DNA of 64,000 nucleotides, taken from positions 11,656,001 through 11,720,000 of the forward strand of contig OX597824.1 in NCBI GenBank assembly GCA_951406725.2, read 5' to 3'. The DNA comes from Octopus vulgaris. Lineage: Eukaryota. Position 1 is the stretch's first letter. Every line of letters starts with the position of its first letter. This document shows, one piece after another, positions 40,793-53,560 of the stretch. The position numbers were made by a program, and so were the translations under genes. Below the pieces are notes generated by a model that searched no databases, was not told the origin of the DNA, and was given only the letters and a program-made list of their open reading frames with translations.

Positions 40793-41267
40793 CTGTAATT
40801 CAATACAAAACACATATATATTAGAATTAAGAATTGTTTGAACATCATAGTCATGTAATTATCTTAATTGGTCTTCGATCCTTTACAGTGGAAGTAATTA
40901 TTGTGTGCTGGGTGAATGTTCTTTAATAGTTACACTTCATATCATTCTTATTTTACATCTAATTATCCATCATGATTTATTTCCAACTGTTAACAACTCA
41001 ATGACTGTGGAAACTAAAGGTTGTTATATTAACATTAATCTGTCTAATTTACTATGCAGCATATACTCATATATATAGTTGCCATGATTGATCGTTAGCC
41101 ACTACACACATTTTTTTCTCTCCTTGTTTTTTCTGTGTCACTTTCTGTAGAAGAGCGTAGGCTCGAAATGTAAAAGACTTTTTCCATTCCTGAGCGTTAT
41201 ACTAATACATCTGTTTGTTTTGTACACCATCTGTCTTCGTCTTTTGTTTTTTTTCGTAAACTCTCCC

Positions 41268-41294
<27 letters not shown>

Positions 41295-41299
<5 letters not shown>

Positions 41300-41630
41300 A
41301 TCAAAATAAGCAACAAGGATATCCAGAGGTTGTGCAGTATGGTCGTTTCATGTGACTAAATTTAATTGAACAATGCAATCATTTCATTACATCAATTTAA
41401 AATGTAGAGCAATCTTCAGCTGCACAAAGACATAGAATTTAATTAAATTAGAACAGATGGACACATTAGTATAATTTTACCTAAAATCTCCAAGAGGATA
41501 AGGAGATAGACAAGGAACATGTTTTATCAACAACATCATAGTTGTAACTTTTTGTTTATCTCCTTATCCTCTTGAAGATTTTAGGTAAAATTATACTAAA
41601 GTGTCCTTCTAATTTAATTAAATTCTATGT
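41295..41630 (-). mobile_element. PLE-like terminus with hammerhead motif (41332-41425) and fold-back
   Basis: gtgcag-CTGAAGA...GAAA-cgacca-TA-ctgcac on the minus strand; 41430-41510 is inverted against 41555-41630. Confidence 0.65.
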
Positions 41631-42177
41631 ACGTACTAACAAAGGATATAAAGAAGTGTTTGTTGTAATTTGTCATATATATATATATACAGTTGTATTT
41701 GTTGTAATTTGTCATATGTATGAGTGGAGGCGCAATGGCCCAGTGGTTAGGGAAGACTCGCAGTCGTAGGATCGCGGTTTCGATTCCCAGACCAGGCGTT
41801 GTGAGTGTTTATTGAGCGAAAACACCTAAAGCTCCACGAGGCTCTGGCAGGGGGTGGTGGCGATCCCTGCTGTACTCTTTCGCCACAACTTTCTCTCACT
41901 CTTTCTTCTGTTTGCCAGCTCGCTTTGCCAGCGGGGTGGCATCATTTGAAGGCTAAAACAATGCGAAGCACATTGTGACCAGCGATGTGTAGCTACATCT
42001 GATAGCCTGGACAGTCACGGTGATCACGGTGATATATATATAAATATTCAGTAAAAATTTAGATTCAGTTGAATATGGTACTTAAGTTAAAGGCACCAGA
42101 ATTTGGTATGGTATTATCCATATAATTCAAGATGGGGTGATTATAATCAAAATAAGCAACAAGGATATCCAAAGGTA

Positions 42178-42267
42178 ATGCAGTACGATCGTTTCATGCG
42201 ACTTCATTTAATTAAACAATGCAAGTATTACATCAGTTTTAAAATGTAGAGCAATCTTCAGCTGCAT
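42178..42267 (-). ncRNA. Type I hammerhead ribozyme motif (family 2)
   Basis: atgcag-CTGAAGA-ttgc...gcat-GAAA-cgatcg-TA-ctgcat; palindromic stem III, GUA triplet; first stem II pair is U-U. Confidence 0.7.
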
Positions 42268-42641
42268 ATGGAATTTTTAGTTAAATTGAAAAGATTTGTT
42301 TTTATACATATTCTATTTCCCAACATCACAAAGAGGGAAAGTAGATAGACAGAGAGACTAGTCTCATCAACGGAAACATGGTAGTAAAGGATATTTATTC
42401 ATGGAGACACTACTTATCACTGAATTTACTTTGTTATATAGATTTAATATTAGGGGAGGGGGTTTAATATTATTCTATTAAGTCCAGTGGAGACAACACC
42501 AAGAATCTATCTATTATAGACAGAGGAAGAGACAGTTTAAGTGGCAGAGCCATAAATCTATCGCCTTAACTTCTTGGAGATTTTAGGTATAATTATACTA
42601 ATGTGTCCAACTGTTCTAATTTAATTAAATTCTATGTCTTT

Positions 42642-42730
42642 GTGCAGCTGAAGATTGCTCTACATTTTAAATTGGTGTAATGTTTGCATTGTTCAGTTAA
42701 ATGGAGTTGCATGAAATGATCGTACTGCAT
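42642..42730 (+). ncRNA. Type I hammerhead ribozyme motif (family 2), inverted partner of 42178-42267
   Basis: gtgcag-CTGAAGA(42648-42654)-ttgc...gcat-GAAA(42713-42716)-tgatcg-TA-ctgcat. Confidence 0.7.
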
Positions 42731-42779
42731 TACCTCTGGGTATCCTTGTTGCTTATTTTGATTATATACATATATACAT

Positions 42780-42844
<65 letters not shown>

Positions 42845-43592
42845 GAACAATATTATTCCTAAAAGTGATGACATTAGTGGCCGTGAGTGTAAAAGCCATA
42901 TAGGCAAAATTAGATATATGAATATATTAATATTTTCTAGGGTACTACATAAGTACCTGCTTCACTAAAAATAGAAGTCAAAATACTCCTAAGCCACAGA
43001 AGAATCACTAAATTAATACATACTTCATAGGAAAAAAATTTAGTGAATAAGAATAGTGTCTTACCTCTGCAAAAGTTGCAGAAGGAATGCCAGTTAATCT
43101 GATATGATTTTGAATTTAGTGTCAAAATCACCTGATTTTCTTCAGTCAGATCTGTACGTGACAACTACTAATATTCACCACTACCATGTCTGTAATTCCT
43201 TTGAGTGCCTGAGCACCAGTGAAACAAAAAAACTGTGTGAAATTATTTATAAATATAAAAGAACATTACTATTCCTAAAAATAATAATGTTAGAGGCCAC
43301 AAACGTAAAAGCGGTACAGGCAAAATTCATAATTATATATACGATATATAAATATATTTATATTTAAAATAATAAGGGAGAAAAATTGAATATTAATTTG
43401 ATTAATATCAAGTGGTAGAACCATAGCGGATTAATATCAAGTGGTAAGAGCATAGCGGACCTACTTCTAGCATAATGGATGTCCACGTAGTGGTTTTCCC
43501 TCTTATATGTAATAAATATATTTATATATATTAGGGTACTACATAAACACCTCCTTTGCTTATGTAGTACCCTAACCCTAGTATATATATAA

Positions 43593-43689
<97 letters not shown>

Positions 43690-44623
43690 CATATATATAT
43701 GTGTGTGTGTGTGTGTATATGCATAGAAACATCAATATTCTGGTTGCTATCCATCTATGTATCTATCTATCTATCTATTATAAAAAAATATTCGATATAA
43801 CATTCACAATTTTGTGGAATTTTGCATTCTACTTTTACAAATTTTTTCATCATTATTTGCACGAATATTCTATTTTTACAAATATTCTATTTTTACAAAT
43901 ATTTTTCATTTTACAAAGATTTTAAAAATATCTTTACAAGCCTTTCTAAAAAACTATACCATTATTTTGAAACACTCCTACACTCTGTAAGTAGATAATA
44001 TTTTAAAACTAGTGTTAAACTATCTTTAAACTATTTAAAAAATATTTTAATTGCGTACATCTGATGAGGGAAATGTGGGCATTTATATTGGTTGAAAGAT
44101 TTGCCCAATACAAACACAATTTCCTGAAACGATCTTAAGGCTATGTATGTTATTTTATACTACTGCTCATCTAACTTCATCGTTGGCTTGTAATATTGGA
44201 ATGCTTGACACCTAAAAGTTCTATTGAATTAACATCTATGTATTTCGTATTCTCACGATTTATATATTAAGACTGGTTTGATACCATTTATGAGTTTTGA
44301 TAAAGGAATTTGACCTCTGAAAGTCTGTCCTCCACTTTACTTAATGTTATATATATATATAAAATATAAATTAGAGATAAAACCACTATTATGCAACTCA
44401 AACAGTGATAGACATAAACCAATATATAAATAACAAATAACATATATTTTTTATAAAACATATAACTTATAACTAGATATCGAAAAGTATAAAATGAATG
44501 ATCAATATGTGAAATTTGATTTAATACTAAATTGAATTTTTCCCTGTAAGTTTGGAGTTATACTCCCTAATATTATATATATATATATACACATACATCA
44601 ATAGTCTGGTTCATATATATATA

Positions 44624-45876
44624 CTGAATCATCCAATAGATAATGCAGATTTTTTTATACTTATAGTATAAAAAAGTTCCTTTTTAATCTAAAATCTGTT
44701 TCATTTTCTACAATGTTCTTTCATCTATCTAGTAGACGTGCAAAATTCACTTGTCCTCGATGAAAAATCCTCCCCCAATATTGTTCTGACCTCAACTGCA
44801 GAATTCATATTTTTTCTGTCCAAATGATTTTGTAGACTGCAGAATAAATGATAGTCAGATGGGGCAATGTCTGGCAAATATGGTGGGTGGGGTATTGTTT
44901 CCCATTCAAACTGCTCCACCCTTTGGAATGTCATTCTTGCTGTATGTGGCCAAGCATTATCTTGATGGAAGTTCACCTTTCGTCTCGAAACCAAAGATGG
45001 TCGTTTTACTTCTAGTGCTGACTTAAGCTGCTCAAGATGCTTGCAGTAGATCTCCTTTGTTATTATTTGGTTTGAGTTTAAAAGTGCAAAATGGACTAAA
45101 CCTTTCATATCCCACCAAACAGATAACAACACCTTACGGGGGTGAAGACCATCTTTAGCCTGAGGTGCTGGTGTTCCTCCTTTCCCTACCTACTGTCTTC
45201 AGCACTTGACATTTTATAGAGAATCCATTTCTTGTCGCCAGTCATTATTTGGTCCAAAAAAGGTTCATTTGTGATACGTGGCAGCAAAGAAGAGCACACA
45301 TTCACTCTCTGCATGCGATTAAACTCGTATAGTTTGTGAGGGATCCATTGACCAAATTTACTGACTTTTCCAATGGCACGCAGGTGTTGATGAATGGTTG
45401 AATGTTCAAACCCAAGCTTCTCTGCTAGTTTCTCAACTGTTACAATGGGACTTTTGCTCCACCAGGGTTTGCAGGATGTCCTCGTTGAGCTCTACAGATC
45501 TTCCAGGATGTGGCTTGTCTTCTAGGCTGTAGTTTCTGGCTTGGAACTTCTGGAACCACCGTTGACACTGACTTACACTTATTGTTCAATTCCTACATAC
45601 TTCATTAATATTTTTCACACTTTCTGTTCCATTGTTGCCTTTATTAAACTCATAAAGCAAAATATGCTGAATATGCTCCTTTGTCACTTCCATTATAGCT
45701 TTGAAAACATAACTGTGAAGATCGAACTGCACTCTTCAAAACTTGCACTAAGAATAAGGACAAGGTAAAATTACTACCTGCTTTTATAGCAAGTTGATGC
45801 AGATAGCTTATCTTGTCCCTCTCTGACTTTTAGTTGATGCAATTGAAAAAAGTGCATTATTTATGGGATGACCCAA
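44624..45876 (-). mobile_element. Full-length but decayed mariner (DD34D) transposon
   Basis: TIRs ctgaatcatccaatagataatgca / tgcattatttatgggatgacccaa, TA TSD; LLSVWWD, FHQDNAWPH and HPPYLPDIAPSDYHLF motifs. Confidence 0.9.
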
Positions 45877-47709
45877 TATATACAGTCTGACAAATAGTTT
45901 ATCTTCTACAAAACTAAATGTCAATAGGCTTATTGTAATTAACCTAATTCTAACAAGACTAATCATTGCAAAATTTAATTGAAGAGAATTATAGTAAATT
46001 AGTAATAACAAAATTTCTGGTAATAGCAGACAGTGTAATGACATACACTTTGAGAGATTGACAGCTGAAATGCATCTGGGGCTCTTAGTAGCCACTGCTT
46101 GGATGAGTTTTGGTTTCTCTTTGATATTTATTGCGTTTTTAACACAGGAGATCCATAAAAGATATTATCTCATGATAACTACTGCAGTAACTGGCCTATC
46201 AACTGCGTACACTCTTTTTACTCTTTTACTTGTTTCAATCATTTGACTGCGGCCGTGATGGAGCACCGCCTTTTGTCGAGGAAATCGACTCCAGGACTTA
46301 TTCTTTGTAAGCCTGGTACTTACTCTATCGGTCTCTTTTGCCGAACCACTAAGTTACGGGGACGTAAGCACACCAGCATCGAGTGTCAAGCGATGTTAGG
46401 GAGACAAGCAGACATACAAACACATACATATATATATACATATACACGACGGGCTTCTTTCAGTTTCCGTCTACCAAGTCTACTCACAAGTCTTTGGTCA
46501 GCCCGAGGCTATAGCAGAAGACACTTGCCCAAGGTGCCACGCAGTTGGACTGACGCCGAACCCATGTGGTTGGTCAGCAAGCTATTTACCACACAGCCAC
46601 TCCTGTGCCTATACATTAAATATGATAAATTATTGACCATTTTAATTAAATACTGCCTCAGCTGCATATAGTAGAATTTTATTCAACCAGGTTGCTATTT
46701 GTAACATCAGTGAATATGTTATTAACTTTTTCATATATCAGAGATGATCAATTCTCATCCAAACATGTATCTGGCTGCAAGTACACACCATTGAAAAGGC
46801 CCCAGGAAGCCAAAATGTACTTAACACTCTCCTAAGCCATTGCTGGAATGAATTTTTGCCTCTGATAGTTATTGTGTTTTTAACACAATTTACATAAAAG
46901 GTGTTATCTGAGGACAAATACTGCACTAGCTGGCCTATCAATTGTGTATATACATTAAGTATGACACACAGATGACTATTGTAATTTAACAGTGTCTCAA
47001 TTGTATATACTGGATTTGTAACAAATATTATTTTAACACAATTGTGACATAATTATAGCAGAAATGGTCACTGTAGGCTTAGGAGTGGCTGTGTGGTAAG
47101 TAGCTTGCTTATGAACCACATGGTTCTGGGTTCAGTCCCACTGTGTGACACCTTGGGCAAGTGTCTTCTACTATAGCCTCGGGCTGACCAATGCCTTGTG
47201 AGTAGATTTGGTAGACAGAAACTGAAAGAAGCCTGTCGTATGTGTGTGTGTGTGTGTGTATGTTTGTGTGTCTGTGTTTGTCCCCCCCAACATCGCTTGA
47301 TAACCGATGCTGGTGTGTTTACGTCCCCGTAACTAGGCGGTTCGGCAAAAGAGACCAATAGAATACTAGGCTTACAAAGAATAAGTTCTAGGGTCAATTT
47401 GCTCTACTAAAGGCGGTGCTCCAGCATGGCTGCAGTCAAATGACTGAAACAGGTAAAAGAGTAAAAGAGAACTTTAAAACAGAAACTGTTGTGGCTCAAC
47501 GTTTCTATAAATTAACTTATTGTAAAAGAACTTATAGACATTTAACCACATATCAAAAACTGAACCTTTTGTAACACAAAAGTTATTTGTAAAACAAGTA
47601 TTGTAATAGTTCTGTTAAGGCCACTGTCACACAATATTTCTGTATTGTGATAGAATTTATAACATTTTATAATCACTGTTTAAAATGTAATAGAATTTAT
47701 TAAAATCAA

Positions 47710-47931
47710 CCCTTTCATTACCGTATTTATTTTTGAGATGCTCTGTGTTTCTTTCAATTATTTTAAATATAACGAAGAATTTAGTAAAATAACTTAGTTA
47801 CCATTAAGCTAGTGTTAGTAACATAAATTGTGACTAAGGTTTGGTGAAAGATTTTAATTCAGAACTTAAGTAAACAAGACATTTGTACTACAGGGCCAGA
47901 GGCAGTTTCGGCCGGGTTGGTAATGAAAGGG
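47710..47931. mobile_element. piggyBac-like MITE
   Basis: TIR ccctttcattacc / ggtaatgaaaggg, TTAA-type target (tcaa/ttaa). Confidence 0.75.
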
Positions 47932-48136
47932 TTAAATAATTCATTGTAATATAATAAATGTTTCTGTAAGTAGACCTATTGTAACAGTACTGTAACAGGA
48001 GGTATTGTAACAGACATGTAATGAAACTTATTGTGATAAAGAGCTTGTTGTAACATGAGAAATTGTAACAGAAGTGATGAAGAAATTGAAAATAATAAAT
48101 CTTACTGATACTAACTTTGCTGAAAATACCCCTGAT

Positions 48137-48398
48137 CAGGGCCACCTTAGCAGCATTATAGGCCTCCAGGCAAATCAAAACACTGGGCCTTATTGTATTT
48201 ATTTATTGATAGCAAACCATAGTATTATATAAAGCAGAGCTGGACCTCTAGACACTTGAGGCCCCTGAGCAAATCAGTGCTCTGTGCCCTGTAATATTTA
48301 TTTATTGATAGCCAACCACAGCATACGTATATCAGAACTAGGCCTTCATGAGGCCCATAGGCAACTGCCCAGTGTCTTCATGCCCTAGGACAGCACTG
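48137..48398. mobile_element. hAT-like MITE
   Basis: CAG...CTG termini, 8-bp TSD cccctgat / cccctggt, internal subrepeats. Confidence 0.55.
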
Positions 48399-48902
48399 CC
48401 CCTGGTTCTTTGATAACAAATTTCCTGTTTAAAATAATCTATATTAAAATTTTCTGCTAAAATTTCATGTTAATGTATATTCCACATACCAGCTTTAATA
48501 ATGGTTTCAAATTTTGGCACAAGACCAGCAATTTTAGGAGAGGGGTAGATAAATTATATCAACCTCAGTGTTCAACTGGTACTTATTTTATCAACCTTGA
48601 AAGGATGAAGGCAAAGTCAACCTCAGCAGAATTTGAACTCAGAACATAAAAACAGACAACATGCCGCTAAGCATTTTACCTGGTGTGCTAATGATTTAGC
48701 CAAGTCAACCACTTTACACCAGCTTAATAATGACAAAGTTTTTTTAAAATTTTAATTAAATTAAATTATTTACTATTTTCAAAATTACTTGAAACAAAAG
48801 CAGCGGATTTCAAAATTTCAAAATAAATCTGGCAACAAAAGAGTTTAGAAGACAACAGTAAAAATAAAATAAAAGTAAAAAAAAGAAAATATCCAACTGT
48901 AC

Positions 48903-48984
48903 CTGCATCGTCCAGACCCAACATTAGAACACGTTCATTGGTTTTACTTTTCCTTACACAACATGTGGAATTTGAGTGCCCCAT
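48903..48984 (-). CDS. Arf-like GTPase, coding exon 1
   Basis: MGHSNSTCCVRKSKTNERVLMLGLDDA(G), donor G|gtacag; spliced CDS 82+174+132+212=600 nt (199 aa). Possible 5'UTR intron 49002-49126 (ATAG|gtattg...ttacag). Confidence 0.9.
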
Positions 48985-51498
48985 TTTGTTTTTTATATGA
49001 TCTGTAAGTTTTTTTTTTCAGTTATTATTATTATTATTATTATTATTATTGTTATTGTTGTTTGTATTTCTCTTCCAGTTCAGTCTGTGCAGAAATACTG
49101 TGGTCCGGTTGAGAATTTAACAATACCTATGGCTATCAGTACTCATGGACGAAACATAACAGAATGGTTCCTGGAATGAGAGCGTATGGGTTTTTATATA
49201 CCAACAATTTTGTCAGGAAATCAGCTAAAACTGTCCTGATTCACAGCATTCATAACCAATTGACAAGTAGTCGTAGTCACTGCTGCTGCTGCTGTTGTTG
49301 TTGTTGTTGTTGCTAAAAAATTATTCAAGTGGGCAGAGAAGTAGTAAATAAATGTAGGATGTGGTGGAAGTTATTTTAAGTTTTGGGATTCTTCATTTTT
49401 TATTTTTTTATTGACGTCCTCTTTCAGTTTAATAAGAGATATTGCGCACTTAACACCACTGTGGAGGCACATGGCTGAGTGGTTAGAGCAGTGGACTCGG
49501 GATCGTGGGTTCGAATCTCAGACCGGGCAATATGTGTGTTTATGAGCAAAACACCTAGGCTCCACGCGGTTCCGGCAGAAGGTAATGGCGAACTTCTGAT
49601 GACTCTTTTGCCACAACTTTCACACTTTCCTCCTGCGTTTTGCAGCTCAGCTGTGACAGACCGGCGTCCCGTCCAGGTGGGGAACCTATATGCCAAGAAA
49701 ATTGGGAAACTGGCCCTTATGAGCCAGGCATGGCTTGAGAAGGAAAAAAATACAACTTAACACCACTGGTCAATCCACTTTGAACATCAGTCCCTAATTA
49801 TGTAAATGTCAGTAATTTTGGTAAATTCGTTGTTGCAAACAGCTAGATCAGTGCTTCCCCAAATTTCTCACAACTGTGGACTCCCTTTTATTTTTCATAT
49901 ATATTCCTATGGATCCCAAGTTTTTGAAAAGTCTGCTATCCCAATAAATCAACTTCCTTGGCTAATACCAAACAAGTTTTCCCAGTCTTGTCTCTCAACC
50001 AAAACATGTAACTGATAATTACATTAATTAAGTAATTATACATTTTACATTGCAGCATTATTAAAATTTTGAACACAATTCACAAACCCTGCGTATTACA
50101 TTTGTAGACCTCCAGGATCAACAGACCTCAGCTGCCTTGTTAAATACTCTTCCTTAACTTGGGGGATATATGTCTTTCACAAAGCTCCTCTAAGACAATA
50201 AAACTTTATAACCATAGTTTTGTAATTCAAAAAATGTGGCCAGTGATATATTAATCAAATGAATCGCAACAAAATGCATTGTGACAAAATTGTAACTGAA
50301 CTTATTGTGATGAAAACTTGTAACATGGCATTTTGTAACATAAGTTATTAGGAAACTGATAAAAATTATTTCGTTTTTAGATTTGGTTTGCAAGATTCTT
50401 TATATGAGTTCGTGTGTTGAAGTATATTCTGTTGTGTCTGGGGACAGTCATTTTCTTTTTGTGCCTTATAATGTAACACACTCACCAGTAAAATTTCCAT
50501 TTATTTCTTATTATTATTTTCCTAAAATTTTCGCTGCGTCTTGCTACTAACCCATTTGATTTCAACCCTTCTCAAATTGCCCCTGGTTCTATGTTACAAA
50601 CTTTCTGTTTAAAATGACGAAGTTTTTATTTTTTTTATTAAATTCTTCAATATTTTCAAAATTAATTGAAATGAAGGTAGAGCATTTCAACAGAAATATG
50701 GTAACAAATGGCTTAAAAAATATCTTCTAGAGGTATGTTCCATTGAAATTAATTTTTTTGAATGTAAAATTCTATCAGCTGAGAAAGTTTGCCTTCTTCT
50801 AATAAGTTATTCAATTTTCTTTTCCCAACCAGACACAACTTATGAAAGGAAGCAGGGTCATGATGGCAGCTGTTGTTGCTATTGTCTCAAGTTGGTTCCG
50901 ATTAAATAGAGCTATGGTCAAAAGTGTTCCAGCAGTGACCACCTTATCTTTTATTCTGACACAGGGTATCAAGGACTACATTTTCCAGTGTATAATGTGC
51001 ATTTGTAACTGGCAGCGTAAAGATGCATGTTTTTAGAAGTTAAGTATGCAACTCTATTTCATATGAGCTAGTAGTTTCTCTTTGGTAGTTAGTAATGAAG
51101 TTGTAATAAATGTTTATGATGGTGGCAAAAGATATTCAGGCCTAACAGAGCATAACACTGTGTTACAGGTCTATTTTCATATGAAAAATACAAAGGAAGG
51201 TTGTTTGCTTCTAGATAAGAACTTATACAGTTCTTGCATTTAAAATATAATATCTTCATAGTTTAACAACCCAGTACATCTATCCTTGTTTATCACGGAA
51301 GGTTGGTTTCGAAAAAAAAATAAAGAAAGCACACACACACAGATAAAGTGATAAAAGAAACATCTCAATACATTTGTAAATGAATATAGATTCATTGATA
51401 CCAAACTTGCAGCCACTGCAGCAAAGCTTCTATCATCACATATTTTCTTCATCACCTCTACCGTTTCCTGTAGAGAATACATTTGTCTGTATCATTTA

Positions 51499-51740
51499 CT
51501 AGCAGTATAGCTCAGTGTTGCTCGGGCTTGTTTTCTTTTTGACCCTTTAGAATTGGAATTTTTGAAAAGTAAAAATTTTGCATTATGTAGCTTGTTATTC
51601 CCTTTAAGTGAATATTTTTCTGGTTGAAATACACTGGAAAATGGTGACACAGTAGTAAAAGAATAGGGATTTTCATAGGAAAAAAGCACCTTTTTGATGT
51701 AAATAATTTTTGGTGTTAACATGGTCCGATTTGAATTTTT
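51499..51740 (-). mobile_element. Helitron 3' end fragment
   Basis: Minus strand cccgagcaacactgagctatactgCTAGt, same end as 40126-40524. Confidence 0.6.
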
Positions 51741-51819
51741 TGGAGCAAACTATGTTATCCTGGATCAGTGATGAATGAATCCGTGACAAACAGGAAAAGA
51801 TGTACAAACCAGGCCTTAA

Positions 51820-52039
51820 CCCTTTTGTTACTGTATTTCTGTTGAGATGCTCTCTGTTTCTTTCAATTACTTTAAATATACCAAAGAATTTAGTAAAATA
51901 ACTTAGATATCATTCAGCTAATGTTAGGAACATAAATTATGACTAAAGAATGGTGGAAGATTTTAATTCAAAACTTACGAAAACAAGACATTTGTACTCA
52001 GAGCCAGAGCCGGTTTCAGCTGGGCTGGTAACAGAAGGG
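51820..52039. mobile_element. piggyBac-like MITE, second copy
   Basis: ttaa|cccttttgttac...gtaacagaaggg|ttaa; internal match to 47710-47931. Confidence 0.8.
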
Positions 52040-52590
52040 TTAATCATATCCAAGCTAATGCTATTCTGTGATACTTCTATTACGTTTTCTAACATCTCAA
52101 TGTTATTTTTATGAGCTGGTTCATCAGTTTGAGGCCTATCTAATTACTCCTTCCCAGTATATCTACTTAGTTCGTAGAATAGGCTGACGACATAGCTAGT
52201 AGTCCAGTCATTAGGGATAACACCTTATTGTAGGATATCCATGTTTGCCCAACCTATTAGAAATTGCTGCCAAATCCTTTTTGATTCACATTCTACTGTC
52301 TTAAATAAAGGAGGATACGTTGGATAATGGACAATAATGTCCATTGATATACAGAGAGATAGGATGATCACAGCTGGAACACCTTTGCTCAGAGTTCTCT
52401 TCTGTCAGGGCCTATCTGGAGCTAAATCAACACCAGCAGAGACGATGATGACAACAAGAACAAGAACAAGAACAGCAGCAGCAACGGCAATAACAAAACC
52501 ATTGTCATCATTGTCATTACCCTCACCACAAGAACCAACACAACCCCCACCCCACCCCACCCTATCACTACCTAACCACCACCACCATCA

Positions 52591-52649
<59 letters not shown>

Positions 52650-52667
52650 CATACATACATACATGTA

Positions 52668-52713
<46 letters not shown>

Positions 52714-52807
52714 CACATACATATACATACATATATATATATATATATATATGGGTATGTATGTATGTATATATATGTATGTATGTATATATGGGTATGT
52801 ATGTATG

Positions 52808-52841
<34 letters not shown>

Positions 52842-52949
52842 AATACACACACATGTATGTATATATAGATATGTGTGTATGAATGTATAAATAGATGTGT
52901 GTATTTTTCCCTTGTTAACAATTAATACGCAAAAAATAGATAAACATAT

Positions 52950-53560
52950 ACCTGAGCAGCAAAAAAATCACACAAGTAAAAAGGATGTAACACCTTGTTT
53001 TTAAAGGTAGAAACTCCAGGTTTATGTGAAATATTTTGTATAATATATATAAATAAATAAATGGAGTTAAACGCTGGTGTTATTCAAATTCTTTTACTTC
53101 CAACACATGTTTCAAAGATATCACTGGTATTATTCCAAAGGAATAAAATGGTGTAAAACAATGTAATCTCTTTAGAATTGAAGAAATAAAACTTGTCAAT
53201 AAGACATTTTAACAGAATATGATGGATTCTGATGAACTGAATGCTACTAAGTTTTCTTTTAAAAACGTTAGAGGATATAACGTCAAAGGTAGCCTATAGA
53301 AAGAGGATGGGTAAAGGAAAGAAAAAAGCAGAAACCAAATAAATGAGAAATATAGAGCGATGTGTGAATTAAAAAAACCTAAAGTCTTGGAAAAAGATAT
53401 ATCTAGTGGAAGTGAAATGTAAGAAGAAAATCAATGTTCAAATTATATATAATGGTAGATATCACTTATATGAACTAAAGGTATGTTTCTGCCAATGTTT
53501 ACATCGATAAGCATGCTCTATAACTCTGTTTAGAAGGGGATTTTTAGAAAAAAGAATGAA
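52950..53560 (-). mobile_element. Naiad-type PLE 3' region (decayed hammerhead)
   Basis: Reverse complement resembles 16880-17345 and the arms of 10980-11437. Confidence 0.75.

Noticed and set aside
41724-41800. tRNA genes at SINE heads (also 5803, 6710, 34450, 49460)
   Set aside because: A/B boxes are present but run directly into SINE bodies without a complete cloverleaf.
49004-49183. Plus-strand splice signals suggesting an antisense transcript over Arf-like exon 1
   Set aside because: The GTAAGT is the reverse complement of a minus-strand acceptor region (acttacag), and a minus-strand 5'UTR intron 49002-49126 explains it equally well; no ORF.
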